This document shows positions 24,084 to 37,390 of a stretch of 64,000 nt of DNA, in pieces. Origin of the DNA: Octopus bimaculoides. Its lineage: Eukaryota. Below the pieces are notes generated by a model. It was not told the origin of the DNA. It searched no databases and saw nothing but the letters and a program-made list of their open reading frames with translations. The stretch's first letter is position 1. Each line of letters opens with the position of its first letter. Where the stretch lies: the NCBI RefSeq assembly GCF_001194135.2, contig NC_068990.1, forward strand, positions 57,663,872 through 57,727,871, read 5' to 3'. A program made the position numbers and the translations under genes.

Positions 24084-27000
24084 CTTAAAGAAGAGATGAA
24101 ATAAAAAAATAAAAAAAATCATAGACGGAAAATAAAACGAAAGCTTTTATTTTAATGCTTGGGATATATTAGTTTTTGGTAGAAATAAATGTAAAAATGG
24201 AATCAGGATAAGTGATAAATGATAAAGTAAAAGTAAGAAAGTAAAAAGAAGGACAGGAAAACGAAAAACAACGAATGAGAAATGTGATGTTTGCTACAAA
24301 GGTCGAATAATAAAAGGCGAAAAAAACAAACAAAAACAATTCGAATGAGTTGCCGGACATTAGCTGGACATCAGAGATAAACTATCCATCAGACGAGTTG
24401 TAAACTTCAATAGTGAGAAGCATGTGCTGTTCCCAGTATAGAATACTCGGCAGTAAAAATGTATTTCATTTTCAGGAAGGAAAAAAAAAGTAGTTTAGAG
24501 GTAGGGACAGAATGAAGATAAAATCAGTCGGTTTGCTGTGTAGCGAAGAAGACAATTAGTTAACTTTATTGGTTACATGGGAATGAATGTCTTCGATTGA
24601 CGTTCGCAACCTTATCTTGGTCTCCCAAGAAAGGAAAGCATACTTTTAGGAGATCATAATATAAAAGAAAAGTATTGACGTAAAACTTTTATTAACCGAT
24701 CTATTTGAGGAGGCAAAAACAGTCGTATCCAGAAGTAATCCGCCATTTCCAACAAATGATATTAGCCACAGAGGAAATTCACATGAAATTTTTGCTGTTA
24801 ATGTAATCGCAGTTTATATCACCATCATCAATATTACCACCATCACCATCATTATTATTGTCATCAGCCGCAGCAGCAGCAACATTCTAACCCGTGATGG
24901 CTACTTTTTAGTAGGAGGCTCAAAAATAAAAGTCCTTGAAAAATACGTCAATGGGACTTAGTTCTTCAATCAGAGGCATTGTTTACAGTTGAGTTCGGCT
25001 ATCTGTTGTTAATGGTACTGGGATTCCAGCTTGCATTTCTCATCAATTCTTTCAGTCTCATTCCCATACCAAGTTATACATGTATATTACAACTGTTATC
25101 TAAAATCAATAAAGGAATCGGTTAAAAGAAATGAGGTTTTTGATCATGAACACGAGATTTTTTGTAGTATTGAACAATACCAATTTAATTTACTCCCAAA
25201 ACACTGATTAACTTACTCATTTTTATCGTTATAAATTTATAATCGGAAAAGCGAATTTAACCGCTGCTTCACAGTTAACACTGTAACATAAAATATTTAA
25301 ATATATAAAAGATTAATTATAAGCTTATTTATTAATATCTGTAAATAAACGCAAAGACTGTTAGTAAACTAGTAACAAGGCAGAAATCACAATAACACGG
25401 GAGGAAAAGAAAGCCGAAAATGACACACTACATCATTCCTTATTACAGTTGACTACTGCGATTTTCCAGCAAGATCGATGCACTATTTAGCATTAAAGAT
25501 TAATTTGAAATCCAAGTAACCAAAATACCTCGCCAAAGAGATACCGAGAGCAGAAGGCAGTTCTAAGTGGTTGTATTTGAGAAGTGAGCCCTCTGCCAGA
25601 GAAGAGATCTCTCCGCCAGAGAAGAGACATTTGTGTCAGCGAAGCAACCAATCTAGACCATTCAGGTGAAGCGAACATGTTAAGCGGCGAAACGCCTGTG
25701 ACCCTAAAATACCTGCTTATCATACAGAAGGGTTTTCAACACTGCGATAGATTTAGTTACCATTAAGCGAAGAATCTGCAACATCTTATGTAGCTCCAGT
25801 AGTTTTTGTATGTGGAAAAACATATCTGATATTTATTTCGAGCATTTCTCAGAGATGGCAAACAAATTCTAATTTATATTTCTTATACAACAATAACTGA
25901 ATTTCAAAACTATGAGACTCAGAGATGTCCATGCTTTTTGAAATACCATTAATAACGAGAAGAAAGTTAATTGGTTACATTTCAGAATCGAAAAAGAATG
26001 GATTGTAAACCTAGTTTTCTTTGTGATTACTGTTCACGGTACCTTTGTAACCCAAGGTACACTTTTAAGTCAAATTAGTAAACCTCTATGTATTCATTGT
26101 GACCTGCTAGAAAAAGCAACCAAATATTTCTGAATTCACACTCTACCATCTTAAATAGAATACAAAGGACGCTGTAGTTCATGTTACGCAAGAGGAAGGG
26201 ATGATCATGGTCGAGAAGCTTTTGATTGTTAATTTGTTCAGTCATAGCTGACCTGGAGCTAAATAACAACAGCAAACTTCATTATAAAGGCAGTTGTGAC
26301 ATTCATACATTTCTCAGTTAGGAATGTGTGAACAATAGTTAGCGTGAAAGGAATTCAACCGGCAATTGAAACATCCTTGCATTTAGTCTATGACGTTCGT
26401 CACTCCAGTTATATAGTTATACAACATGTAACATTTTTTTCATGTAAATCTTTAAAATATTTAAAGTAACTCGTTAATATGCATTGCGACTTATAGTGAG
26501 AAATATTGCCTGTGGCTACGATAAAGGCTAAATACACAAAAAGAATATTATATTGTAATATTATATGCATGTGTGTGGAAATTGTACGGATAATAGAGAA
26601 CAAGCCTAGAGGCATTAAGATATCTAGTTTTGATTTTCGCTTTTTAATGATAATAAGAGTTTATTAATTCATCAATGTTAGAGTCGATAAAGTAAATATT
26701 AGCAAAAACAGAAGAATGACTCAAAAGACAATATCTCTTTTCAAACGAAACTTGACCTCATAGCAAGTCCAAAGATGTAATTGTACAGGGATATGTTGTA
26801 GTTGTTGTTGTTTAACAGCAAGTCAGTTCTGACGAGTACATTTACGATCAAAAGTATTACCACTCTGACCATTCTTTTTGTTTCTTTTTTCTGTTTCAGA
26901 CATAGCATATCTAGGAATACATCATCAACTGTTCACTTAATTTCTCAAGAGATTATAGAGTAGTTTCAGGAAAATTTTTACTCCTGCTATTCTTAGCAGA

Positions 27001-29460
27001 TCAAGCGAGCTGGCAGAAGCCTCCGTTAGCAATATTGGGTGCACTTAAACACTGTTCCATTCCGAGCTAGGGAACTTTCATTTCACATACACCGTTTATG
27101 CCGCTAGAAATGGATTGAGTCGCGAGTCCCGCTTTCCTCTTCTATAATAATTCCCGGATTAATGTTTTTATAATGAATAGCCATTGATTTCTATGATGAG
27201 TACTGTGAAATAAAACTATATTCTTGAGCAATTTGAGTTCAAGATACGGTTTTTCCTATTTTCACTTTACATAAATTCATATAAACCTTTGGAAAATCAT
27301 GAAAAATACAGAATCATATACAGAAAAAATAATACCATTACTTGGGCAGTGAGTGCCATAAATTTAAGTTTACTATAAGACTAGTTTGTGCAACTCATCT
27401 CGATTGCTGCTTGGAAACTTACACTTTATATTATTGATGTCATTAATGCAAGGTTAAAGGTGATTTAGATTAGGATAAAACTGATTTTGAGTAGGGCAAT
27501 GGAAACTTAAGCTATGATAATGTCAGTCTTATTACTAGGGCTAGTTTTTTCGAGCACCGAGACGTTTAAAACATCTGAATTCAAAAGAACGAGATTAAAT
27601 ATTGTAGGGAACGTGACCCTTACCGTTGCTGTTACCTTACCGATATAAAAATTGTATATAGAGCTAAAAAGCATTTAATTTTAGTTCTTTATCCTATGTC
27701 TGAATAATGTTTGCTAAAAGCATTTAATTTCAGTTCTTTGTTCAATGTTTGAAAAAGTTTGGCGCGAAAACTGCTTTGGGATCATTATACATCGCATTAA
27801 ATATAGAAATGTGTAATGGGGAAAGATTTTATAGGAGTGATGCATGTACTTATGTAAACTAACGACAAACGTAGAGGTTGGTTCCTCTTTTGCTTTCGAC
27901 TGTTTAGAAAAGTACGACGAAGAAAAACTTTATAGGAAATTGAAAATTAATATATACATCCTATAAACAAACACAGGTCATATGATAGCTAACAATAAAT
28001 ATACCATTCTGTGAACTACAACAATATTACAACAGTTTGTATCAAGGAAGTTATGAGACGCATATTGGCGTTAATAAAGTTGGATGGAGGAGGACACTGG
28101 TGCATTGATGTGACATTAAGAAGCTTGTTGGAAGACTAAACTTTGGAAGAATCATAAAAGAATGGCAAGTTTTGTTTAATGCTTTCGATGAAGGCACTAA
28201 TAAAACCTGCAGGTGTTGAATGTGCAACTAATTATTATCAGCTATTAAAACTTAAGTAGAATATATTTCTCTATCAATGCTGTAAGTTTCATGTCTAATT
28301 GCTCAGTAAAAGCAATTTAGACATAGAAATAAATCTCTTTTGTTTAATCTTTGTTTAAATATTTGTCATAAATGGATACTACTGACAAAAACGTGACACC
28401 TAATTTGATAAGAAATATCAACTAAAGTGTGGTAGGACAGAGACTAAAAGATTAAATTGTTGTCAACACCACCTACTGAGTAATTATTATAGCCTCACTA
28501 CACTACAGGGAAGGCAATCGAGTTCTTACTATAGAGACATAGTTATTTATACCGCCTGTTACGAAATTACATTTGGTTGATTGTGAGATGGTGATCATAG
28601 AACAATATAAAAGTAAATTAAATACCTTCAGAACCCCCAGAGCCTCATCAAAACTAGTGTTTGACTCCAATTTTATAGCATAAAGCGGAAGAGTCGTACA
28701 TTTCTCCCTGCTCTTAGTTAGGGTACTAGTCTGCCAGAATTAAATTTCCCAGTTGATCAAGAATGAATACTTTCCATATAGATAACATGCAAGAAATATA
28801 TTGCGCAAATACAAATTAAAACCTGCAATTAAGTTGAATATAAAACATTCAAGAAAAACCATGTAGCATATAGATCATATACTGGAAAACAGATTTGTGT
28901 ATATACTTTTCAGCGAAAACTTAAGGGCCTCAAAGTCTAAGAGAAGTGATTTCGAGATATTCTAGTCTCATTATATATATATACACACAAACACACACAC
29001 ACACGCATAAACCATAAAAGGTCAGGAGGTATGAGAGGTGAATATACTTATTTAAACACTTATCATCTTTAGGATTACAACCGTATCGCTGTCTACTCCA
29101 TGTAATGATAAGTTCGGTGTATATTCAGTTTATTATTACACGAAGAAGGCTGCGAAAAAGTCGTAGTCATAAGGATTACAAATGGTTAAATAAATATATT
29201 CACCTCTTATACCTCTAAACATTTTAGGGATTACGTACTTTTCGTGAGATAATTTCATCAATCAGATCTCCTGGATTTCAGTTGCCTGGAACTCTGCATT
29301 ATACTCCTCAGTATTGGATAACTATATGGTCTGTTAGCCAAGTACGCGAGAGGAGCTTCTTGGGATAGCCACACGATTCTTTGAATCTTTTTACACACAG
29401 CCACACACAGACACACACACACCTAGGTATGTATATAGGTGTATATATATNNNNNNNNNN

Positions 29461-29885
29461 CTGAACCACAAAAGAAACGTCGCTCACATACTAAATAGAA
29501 ACCGGTATCACGTGATGACGGAGTGTCCTGGATCCAAAGAGATGAATTAAATATCTTGTGCGACCACCGTTAGCGTTGATTCCCGTCAGACATCTTCTGT
29601 ACATTGAATGCACCAAGCGATTGATGAAGGCCATGGGGATAGCAGTCCACACTTTGTTAAAACTTGCAGTGAGTTGTGATGCAGTTGTTGGATGTCATTT
29701 AACCTTCTTTGGATTTCGTCCCACAAGTGCTCTATGGGGTTCAAGTCCGACTTAGAGCAGGCCATGACAGTGTCTGGATGTTGTACTGTTGGAGGAAGTT
29801 TGTTGTCAACCTGGCAATATGGACACGGGCGTTCTCGTGTAGAAACACGTGATTATGATGACGGGCAAAGTATGACACAATGTTG
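29461..29885 (-). mobile_element. Tc1-like DNA transposon remnant (transposase C-terminus and terminal region)
   Basis: Minus strand WPA..SDLNPIEHLWDEIQRR (frameshifted WPxxSPDLNPIEHLW motif). Confidence 0.8.
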
Positions 29886-30030
29886 TACTCTTTCACCCCA
29901 ACTTTCTCTCACTCTTCTTGAGTAACGTTGCGATGGACTGGCGTCCTGTCCAGCGGACGGGGGAACACATAAGCCATAAAAACCGGGCCCATGAGCCTGG
30001 TTAGGCTTTAAAAGGGTGCATAAATAAATA
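29884..30030 (+). mobile_element. SINE 3' fragment with a V-domain-like segment
   Basis: TGTACTCTTTCACCCCAACTTTCTCTCACTCTT is shared with family C; it is followed by GCGATGGACTGGCGTCCTGTCCAG, which resembles the V-SINE motif, and an AATAAATA tail. Confidence 0.55.
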
Positions 30031-30152
30031 TATGTATATAAAGTAGTATTATTGCCATTATTTACAGTAATAATAAGGTGGCTAGCAAGTTCACACCTTT
30101 ACAGGTACGATATAAAGTAATTTAAAATTAAGTAGGGTATATTATACCACTT

Positions 30153-30240
30153 GCTAAAATCGGAGCCATAGCTCCAAAAGCCACCATAAATATTACGTAA
30201 TATTTATGGTAGCTTTTGGAGCTATGGCTTTGATTTTAGC
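30153..30240. repeat. 88-bp near-perfect palindrome (44+44, no spacer)
   Basis: Arm comparison by hand gives 41/44 matches, centre TATTAC|GTAATA. Confidence 0.95.
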
Positions 30241-30268
30241 ATGATGCATTAAATACCCAAACTATAAC

Positions 30269-30313
<45 letters not shown>

Positions 30314-31703
30314 GCCTTATTTGGAATAGCATGAAATACAGGTGAACGGAATTGACAGCAGGGAAGTAAGTACTAGGAGGGGTGAAAATCAAGAAAGGAA
30401 TCTTCCAGTGGGGACAGTGTGCTCCCACTGATATTCGTGCTGGGAATGATCCCCTTAGGGTATGATCTGGGAAGAGGTAAGGGGAAACTAAACCACTTGC
30501 TATTCATGAACGACCTGAAGTCCTTCACAAAAACTGAGGCAGGACTGGACAGCGCTGGAATTCTGAAGTGGACAGAGGAAGAGCTAAAGGAGATATACAG
30601 GAAGTCAAGAAAGCTCCTAATGATGTATGGAGCCCGTCATCCACTTGCAGACACTGATCGCCTATACATGAAGAGACCAAATGGAGGAAGGGGACTGATA
30701 AGAGTGGAAGACTGCGTGCGTATGGAACTCCAGGGCTTAATGAGATACCTAGCCCAAAGTAAGAAAACCTTGGTAGTGACAGTTAGGAACGAGGAAGTGT
30801 TGGGAGCAGAGAAAAGCGAAGACAAAGGAAGAAGTAACAAAAGGACATGAAGAAGAATTACGCAACAGAAGTTGGTGGGAAAAATAGGTGGGATTGGCTG
30901 ATGAAAGGAACCCTAAACAATGAAACTTTGAGCACTATACTGGCAGTGCAGGACCAAGCTCTGGCCACGAACTGGAGGGTCAGCCTAAGGAATAAGCAAG
31001 TGTCTCTGCTGTGCCGCATCTGCAATAGAGTGAATAATACCATTGTCCATATCGCAAACGAATGCTCTACACATGCTCAAAACTACTACACGTTGTGGCG
31101 ACACGACCAGGTAGCGAAAGTACTACACTGGAAACTGCGAAAAGTGAGGGCTAGAAAGAGGTAAAACGTGGTATGAGCACAAACCGCAAAAAGTGACAGT
31201 GTCGGAGACTAGCAAAATCCTCTGGGATTTCCCAATTCAAACAGAGCATCATAGACCGGATCTAGTGGTGGTGGACAAGGTGCATCACATGCTATATAGT
31301 TGACGTTGCATGCTACTTTGACCCAGAATAGTCAAGAAGGAAGGCGAAAAGATAAATAGATACAATCCTACATTATTGACATTATTTATATTTGATGGAT
31401 ACAGTCCTCTTAAGTACGAAATAGACGGGCTAAGGAAAATGAAGTGGGTGAAGATAGTGCTTATTATTGTTGGGCACTTGGGAACAGTATCAGAAGGCAT
31501 CAAGAGGAATATAAGGGAAACTGGAATAGAGTGCCCAGTAGAACTGTTACAAAAGGTTTGCCTCCTTGGCACAGCCAGAATAATCAGGAAAGTATTAGAT
31601 AGCTGAAAAGAACGAACACCATAGTACCGTAGGCTGCAGGTAGTAAAGCCCGCTACACATGCAAGACTCCAGGCGCTCCAGCAAAACCTGTGATAAAGAG
31701 AAA
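30314..31703 (+). mobile_element. R4/Dong-like RLE-type non-LTR retrotransposon, 5'-truncated with internal deletions
   Basis: LNHLLFMNDLK (RT), RLYMKRPNGGRGL, CRICNRVNNTIVHIANEC..RHDQVAKVLHW (CCHC), WYEHKP..KILWDFPIQTEHHRPDLVVVDK (restriction-like endonuclease), LLQKVCLLGTARIIRKVLD; TAA-type repeats on both sides. Confidence 0.85.
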
Positions 31704-31803
31704 ATAATGATAATAATGATAATAATGATAATAATAGTCCTCTCAACTTTAGGCACAAGGCCTGAAATTTGATGGGTGGGGACTAGTCGGTTATATCGGC
31801 ATA

Positions 31804-31843
<40 letters not shown>

Positions 31844-31989
31844 CGACGACGACAGATTCTGATTTAAGTGGAAAACCAGCAATTTTGAGGGAGAGGCTAA
31901 TCAATATCATCGAAGACATTACTTGAGTGATGAAAAACAAAGTTGATCTTGGTGGGCTTAAATCAAGCTTAAGTAAAAGCATATTACAG

Positions 31990-32405
<416 letters not shown>

Positions 32406-34652
32406 TTATTCATTCCAAAATACACAGACGTAACTAACGTAGAATGTTGCTACATATGATGATGGGCTGCACAACATCATGGCATCAATTTACTGCTGGT
32501 TAGTATGTCTTACGTCTCACTGAGGATTTAGTAATGTCTAATAGAATAAGCCAAGGTGATGACTGTAATTTTTAGGCTGATGATGTACCAATGAAGTCAG
32601 ATTTTGGATCTCACACCTCAAGCTATAACAAAGTATTAAAGCAAAGTGTTTTTTATAACATTTTGTCTACAATGGGAATCGCCGATGAATCCCTACGTAA
32701 TATTTTTAATATACCATGAGATTCACCGTGAACTCTTGATGGTGATGCTGTTTTTATGGAAATTCATAGTACTGTGGGTTCAAACTACAATATTCGCATT
32801 TTAGGGAATGTACTGAACATATGCTTCTTTGTATTTCGTATTTCTCGAAAGACTTTTCAATTTGAATCAATAAAAGCTGAGATAAGAAATGGTAAAAAGA
32901 TTGTAAGCTAGACATCTCAATCACTGGAGCGCTGCTCGCTATAAAATAATTTACGGAAAAAATAAACCTTTGAGGGTCATATAATATAATCTGAAATGTA
33001 ACACATAGGTAAAAAATCATAAATAAATGAAAAGATCCAGAAATGGCGGTATAATGGACAATCTAACAGATTTTAAAATGAGTTTCGCCGGTGAAATCTG
33101 CGGTACAGAATGAATATACTGTTAGTTTCGTATTGTGAGGATCACCGGTGATGCGCATGTGTAAATCAATGTTGTAGTTTGTAAAGTGAACTAGATCATA
33201 TATAGTTAACAATTTAAAAAATGCAGACCGATGGTACAAAAGAAAATATGCCGCAGAACGGACATGGTGGGCAAAGTGTCAAATATAAAAAAAAAAAAAC
33301 CCCAAAAACCCCCCAGAAAACTATTTTGATACAGTGTAGTTATAATGTATTTGAGAGTTATTATGGCGTTTAGACGAAGAATATAATGCATATTTGTTTT
33401 GATGTAAAATATAATACGGAAATATTGGTTATTAATACCATATTCGTGCAAATTTAGCTTCGTCAGAATGTAAAATGAGTAATACGTTTGATAGCTTTTT
33501 GAAGAATTTGCTGATCCTGAACAGTCTTTGTTTATTTACTGAGAAATTTCCGGACGGTTTCCATTTGTAAAGTAAAAGTGAGACAAAGCTGAGTGTCTGA
33601 AAAACCCAGAGTAGTTTTATTATAATTAGTTTTAGCGTCAGACCTTATTTCAAATATACGTATTAGAAAAACAAGAAAAGATAGAAAGAAACAAAACACG
33701 GAACTGTGCTTCTGCTATCTTAATACTTTGACCAAACTGGTCATATAAATATCCTCCAAGCTTTTTGCGCATCCAATCATCCCGAAAACTATACAATAAT
33801 TTCTTTACACTTCTATTATCACAGTAGAAGAAATGTATTTGCTTTTCGGTTGAGATTCTGTTCATTTCCATCAATACCAGTATTGCTTTTAGATATATTT
33901 TGATACAGATGTCAATAAAATAGTTTGCTGCATCTGTCAGACAAACTTTTCATTCATGATTTTCTGTCATGCTGCAGAGAAGGATTTATAAACAAATGGT
34001 TTCCAAAATTAAAGCAACAGATGGTATCAACACATATACTAATACACTATTATGCTTCTACATACATACGTACATACATACATACATACATACATACATA
34101 CGTACACACGCAAGACACGTGCACTAATATGTTCATATGTATACAAACACATACAAGATACATTGTTATGTACGCGTATGCCGCTGTAATCGTACGCGAA
34201 GTATATATTTCTATACGTATAAATATAATATTTCCGCGTTTATGTATGTATGTGAGTGTGTGTACAAATACTCACTCACATACACACATAAAATGTATGT
34301 CTGTGTAAGTATTGGCACATATTTCTTTATGTGCGTTTAAATAAGTGTGTGTATATATATATATNNNNNNNNNNNNNNNNNNNNNNNNNNNNNNNNNNNN
34401 NNNNNNNNNNNNNNNNNNNNNNNNNNNNNNNNNNNNNNNNNNNNNNNNNNNNNNNNNNNNNNNNNNNNNNNNNNNNNNNNNNNNNNNNNNNNNNNNNNNN
34501 NNNNNNNNNNNNNNNNNNNNNNNNNNNNNNNNNNNNNNNNNNNNNNNNNNNNNNNNNNNNNNNNNNNNNNNNNNNNNNNNNNNNNNNNNNNNNNNNNNNN
34601 NNNNNNNNNNNNNNNNNNNNNNNNNNNNNNNNNNNNNNNNNNNNNNNNNNNN

Positions 34653-34724
<72 letters not shown>

Positions 34725-35677
34725 AATGTTGACTTACACGGACGTATATGTGGTAGCCCACTACATCATAGCATATTTGTCTATATGTACGAATGTATTA
34801 CTTTAATGATGAAAAATCGTGTGCATCCGAAAGATGAGGCCAAAATCTAGTTAATTGATAGGAAGTGACATCAAGTGGCAAGTTTGTTTTGACGTGTATA
34901 TGCCACCATATCAGTTTGAACAATTGCTGTCACCGCATAGTGAGACTGCCACCGTGGACAACGATACCAACTTTACTAAGATGGACAGTCAAGCAAAAAT
35001 TGCTTCTAGCTAAAAGATTGGACAGAGAAGTCTGCATTGTTCTCTTTTTAAATCAATCACATTCAGAGCCGAGTGGAAAAAGCAAGTCGAATGTCGGCCA
35101 AGAAAAGATGCGTTTCATTTTGCGCTGTTTTAAATACGATTTGGTGCAAAGCCATTGACCTCTTTTTTTTCTCGTTTATTCGCTTTTCATAAACTGACTT
35201 AAGCTGTCAGTCTCTTCCAAAAGAATGCCATCCATAATATATAAGGAAACATTTTTACCTGTCAACACATAACTTCATGGTTATCATAAGGTAACTTATA
35301 ACAAGTTTAAAATACTTCTTTGGAAAACCGATCGATGAAAAGTCAGAAATTAAAGAGAATAGCAAGCGTATAAAATATCAACGAAAGGTATAGTTTCACT
35401 TGCAGATGTCACCGTACAAAAGCCACTAATGAAAAAGAAAAAAAAAGTATATGCAATAGAAGAGACAAGAAAAGAATCAAGAAATGAGAAATAACTATGT
35501 GTAGCCATGTGCTAGTGTTTGTATATGTGTGATAAATGTGTGCGAATACTTGTCAGGCATACAGAGACAAAAATAAAGAACTATGGCTATTTCCTTAAGG
35601 AGAAAGATGCAAACTAGACAAATAGAAAAACATAGATACACGCATATATATGAGGTGATATGTATATGATATACATT

Positions 35678-35680
<3 letters not shown>

Positions 35681-35756
<76 letters not shown>
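35681..35756. repeat. (CA)n microsatellite
   Basis: Direct reading. Confidence 0.98.
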
Positions 35757-35758
<2 letters not shown>

Positions 35759-36098
35759 ATTCAATTTCACTCCTTGATGATTAAGCAATTGATTAAATAT
35801 AAAACTAACCAGTCGATTATTTGTTTAGTTTAATTAAACAGTAAGTCATTTGTTTTGTTTTTGCTTGTAAGACATAATATGAACAAATGACTCACTGGTT
35901 AACCAAATTAAACAAACCATCGATTAGTTAGTTTCATACTTGACCAACTGACTAATAAGAAAGGTGTGGATTCGAACCAGTGCGGATGTTAATAATACTG
36001 GTATAATAACTCTCCCTAGACACTACAAAAATTTTCAACAAACGAATTCACATAAAGAATCTAGCAAACCAGATAAAAAGGAAATATACATACATACA

Positions 36099-36128
<30 letters not shown>

Positions 36129-36129
<1 letters not shown>

Positions 36130-36317
36130 GATAGATCGCTAGCCACTAAACCTTTTTCTATTTTCTCTCCCCGTTTATTTCTGTGTTCCTTTCTGTCGAA
36201 GAGCGTGGGCTCGAAACGTAAAAGACTTTCTCATCTACCGAAAGTTAAACTAATATAGCGGTTTGTTGTTTACACACCGGTGTTCGTGTTTTGTGTTTTT
36301 TGTAAATTCTCACTATA
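36129..36317 (+). mobile_element. Short PLE-type terminal-repeat / retrozyme-like element
   Basis: Pyrimidine-rich 5' part, hammerhead-like motif, T-rich 3' part ending GTAAATTCTCAC|TATA; flanked by (CATA)n and TA/gap; second copy at 10371. Confidence 0.65.
36189..36224 (+). ncRNA. Minimal type-I hammerhead-like motif with non-canonical A6 to U change
   Basis: CTTT-CTGTCGA-a-GAGC gtgg GCTC-GAAA-CG-TA-AAAG: stem I 4 bp, stem II 4 bp with tetraloop, loopless palindromic stem III (ACGT). Confidence 0.6.
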
Positions 36318-36519
36318 NNNNNNNNNNNNNNNNNNNNNNNNNNNNNNNNNNNNNNNNNNNNNNNNNNNNNNNNNNNNNNNNNNNNNNNNNNNNNNNNNNN
36401 NNNNNNNNNNNNNNNNNNNNNNNNNNNNNNNNNNNNNATTGGTTCATCCCATGAATAATGCAGTTTTTTAATACTTTTATTTTTGAAAATTAAAATAAAC
36501 AAAGATCTTTTTTAATTAA

Positions 36520-37010
36520 AAATATACTCTCCTTCATTTTCTACAATGCTCTTCCATCTATCAGGTAGACTCGCAAGGCCCCTCTTCCAAAATTCACTTG
36601 GCGCGATGAAAAATACTCATCCAGCGAGTATGGTGGGTGGGGCATCGTATGTGGCCGAGCATTATCCTGATGGAAGAAAACCTTTGAAATCAAAGATGGT
36701 GGTTTTTCTTCTAGTACGGGTGTCGAGGAATGGTTGAGCGACCAAATCCAAGCTACTCTGCTAATTCTTCAACGGTTACGATGGGGTTTTGTTCCGCTAG
36801 GGTTTTCAGGACGATCTCGTCGAACTCTACAGTTCTTTCAGGACGAGGCTCGTCTTCTAGGATGTTGTTTCCGGCTCGGAATTTCTGGAACCACCGTTGA
36901 CAATGGCTTACGCTTATTGTCTAATCCACATATACTGCATAATTATTCCTCGCACTATTCGTTGCATTGTTGCCCTCGTTGAACTCATAACGCAAAATAT
37001 GCCGAATATG
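36520..37010 (-). mobile_element. Mariner transposase remnant, internally deleted
   Basis: Minus strand FHQDNARPHT and PSEFWKRGLASLPDRW. Confidence 0.85.
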
Positions 37011-37274
37011 CTCCTTTGTCACTTCCATTATAGCTTTGAAAAATAACTGTTAAAATGGAATTGCAGTCTTCAGAACTTGCACTAAGAATAAGTACAAGGT
37101 AAAATGACTATATGCTTTTATCCCCTCCTCCTCCGACTTTTAGTTCATGCAACTGAAAATAACCGTGTTAGTTATGGAATGACCCAATACATATATACAT
37201 ATATACATACATATACTTATCTGGAAATGGATGCGTGGCGTTCAATCAAACAATAGTATAAATTATATATATAT

Positions 37275-37378
<104 letters not shown>

Positions 37379-37390
37379 CTATATAGATGT

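Noticed and set aside
32455-32525. Box C/D snoRNA (ATGATGA ... CTGA)
   Set aside because: No terminal stem or recognisable guide; box C overlaps a GAT repeat.
33040-33170. Promoter (YY1-like AAATGGCGG, NRF1-like TGCGCATG); similar motifs at 51150-51200
   Set aside because: Isolated short motifs with no supporting gene start; expected by chance.
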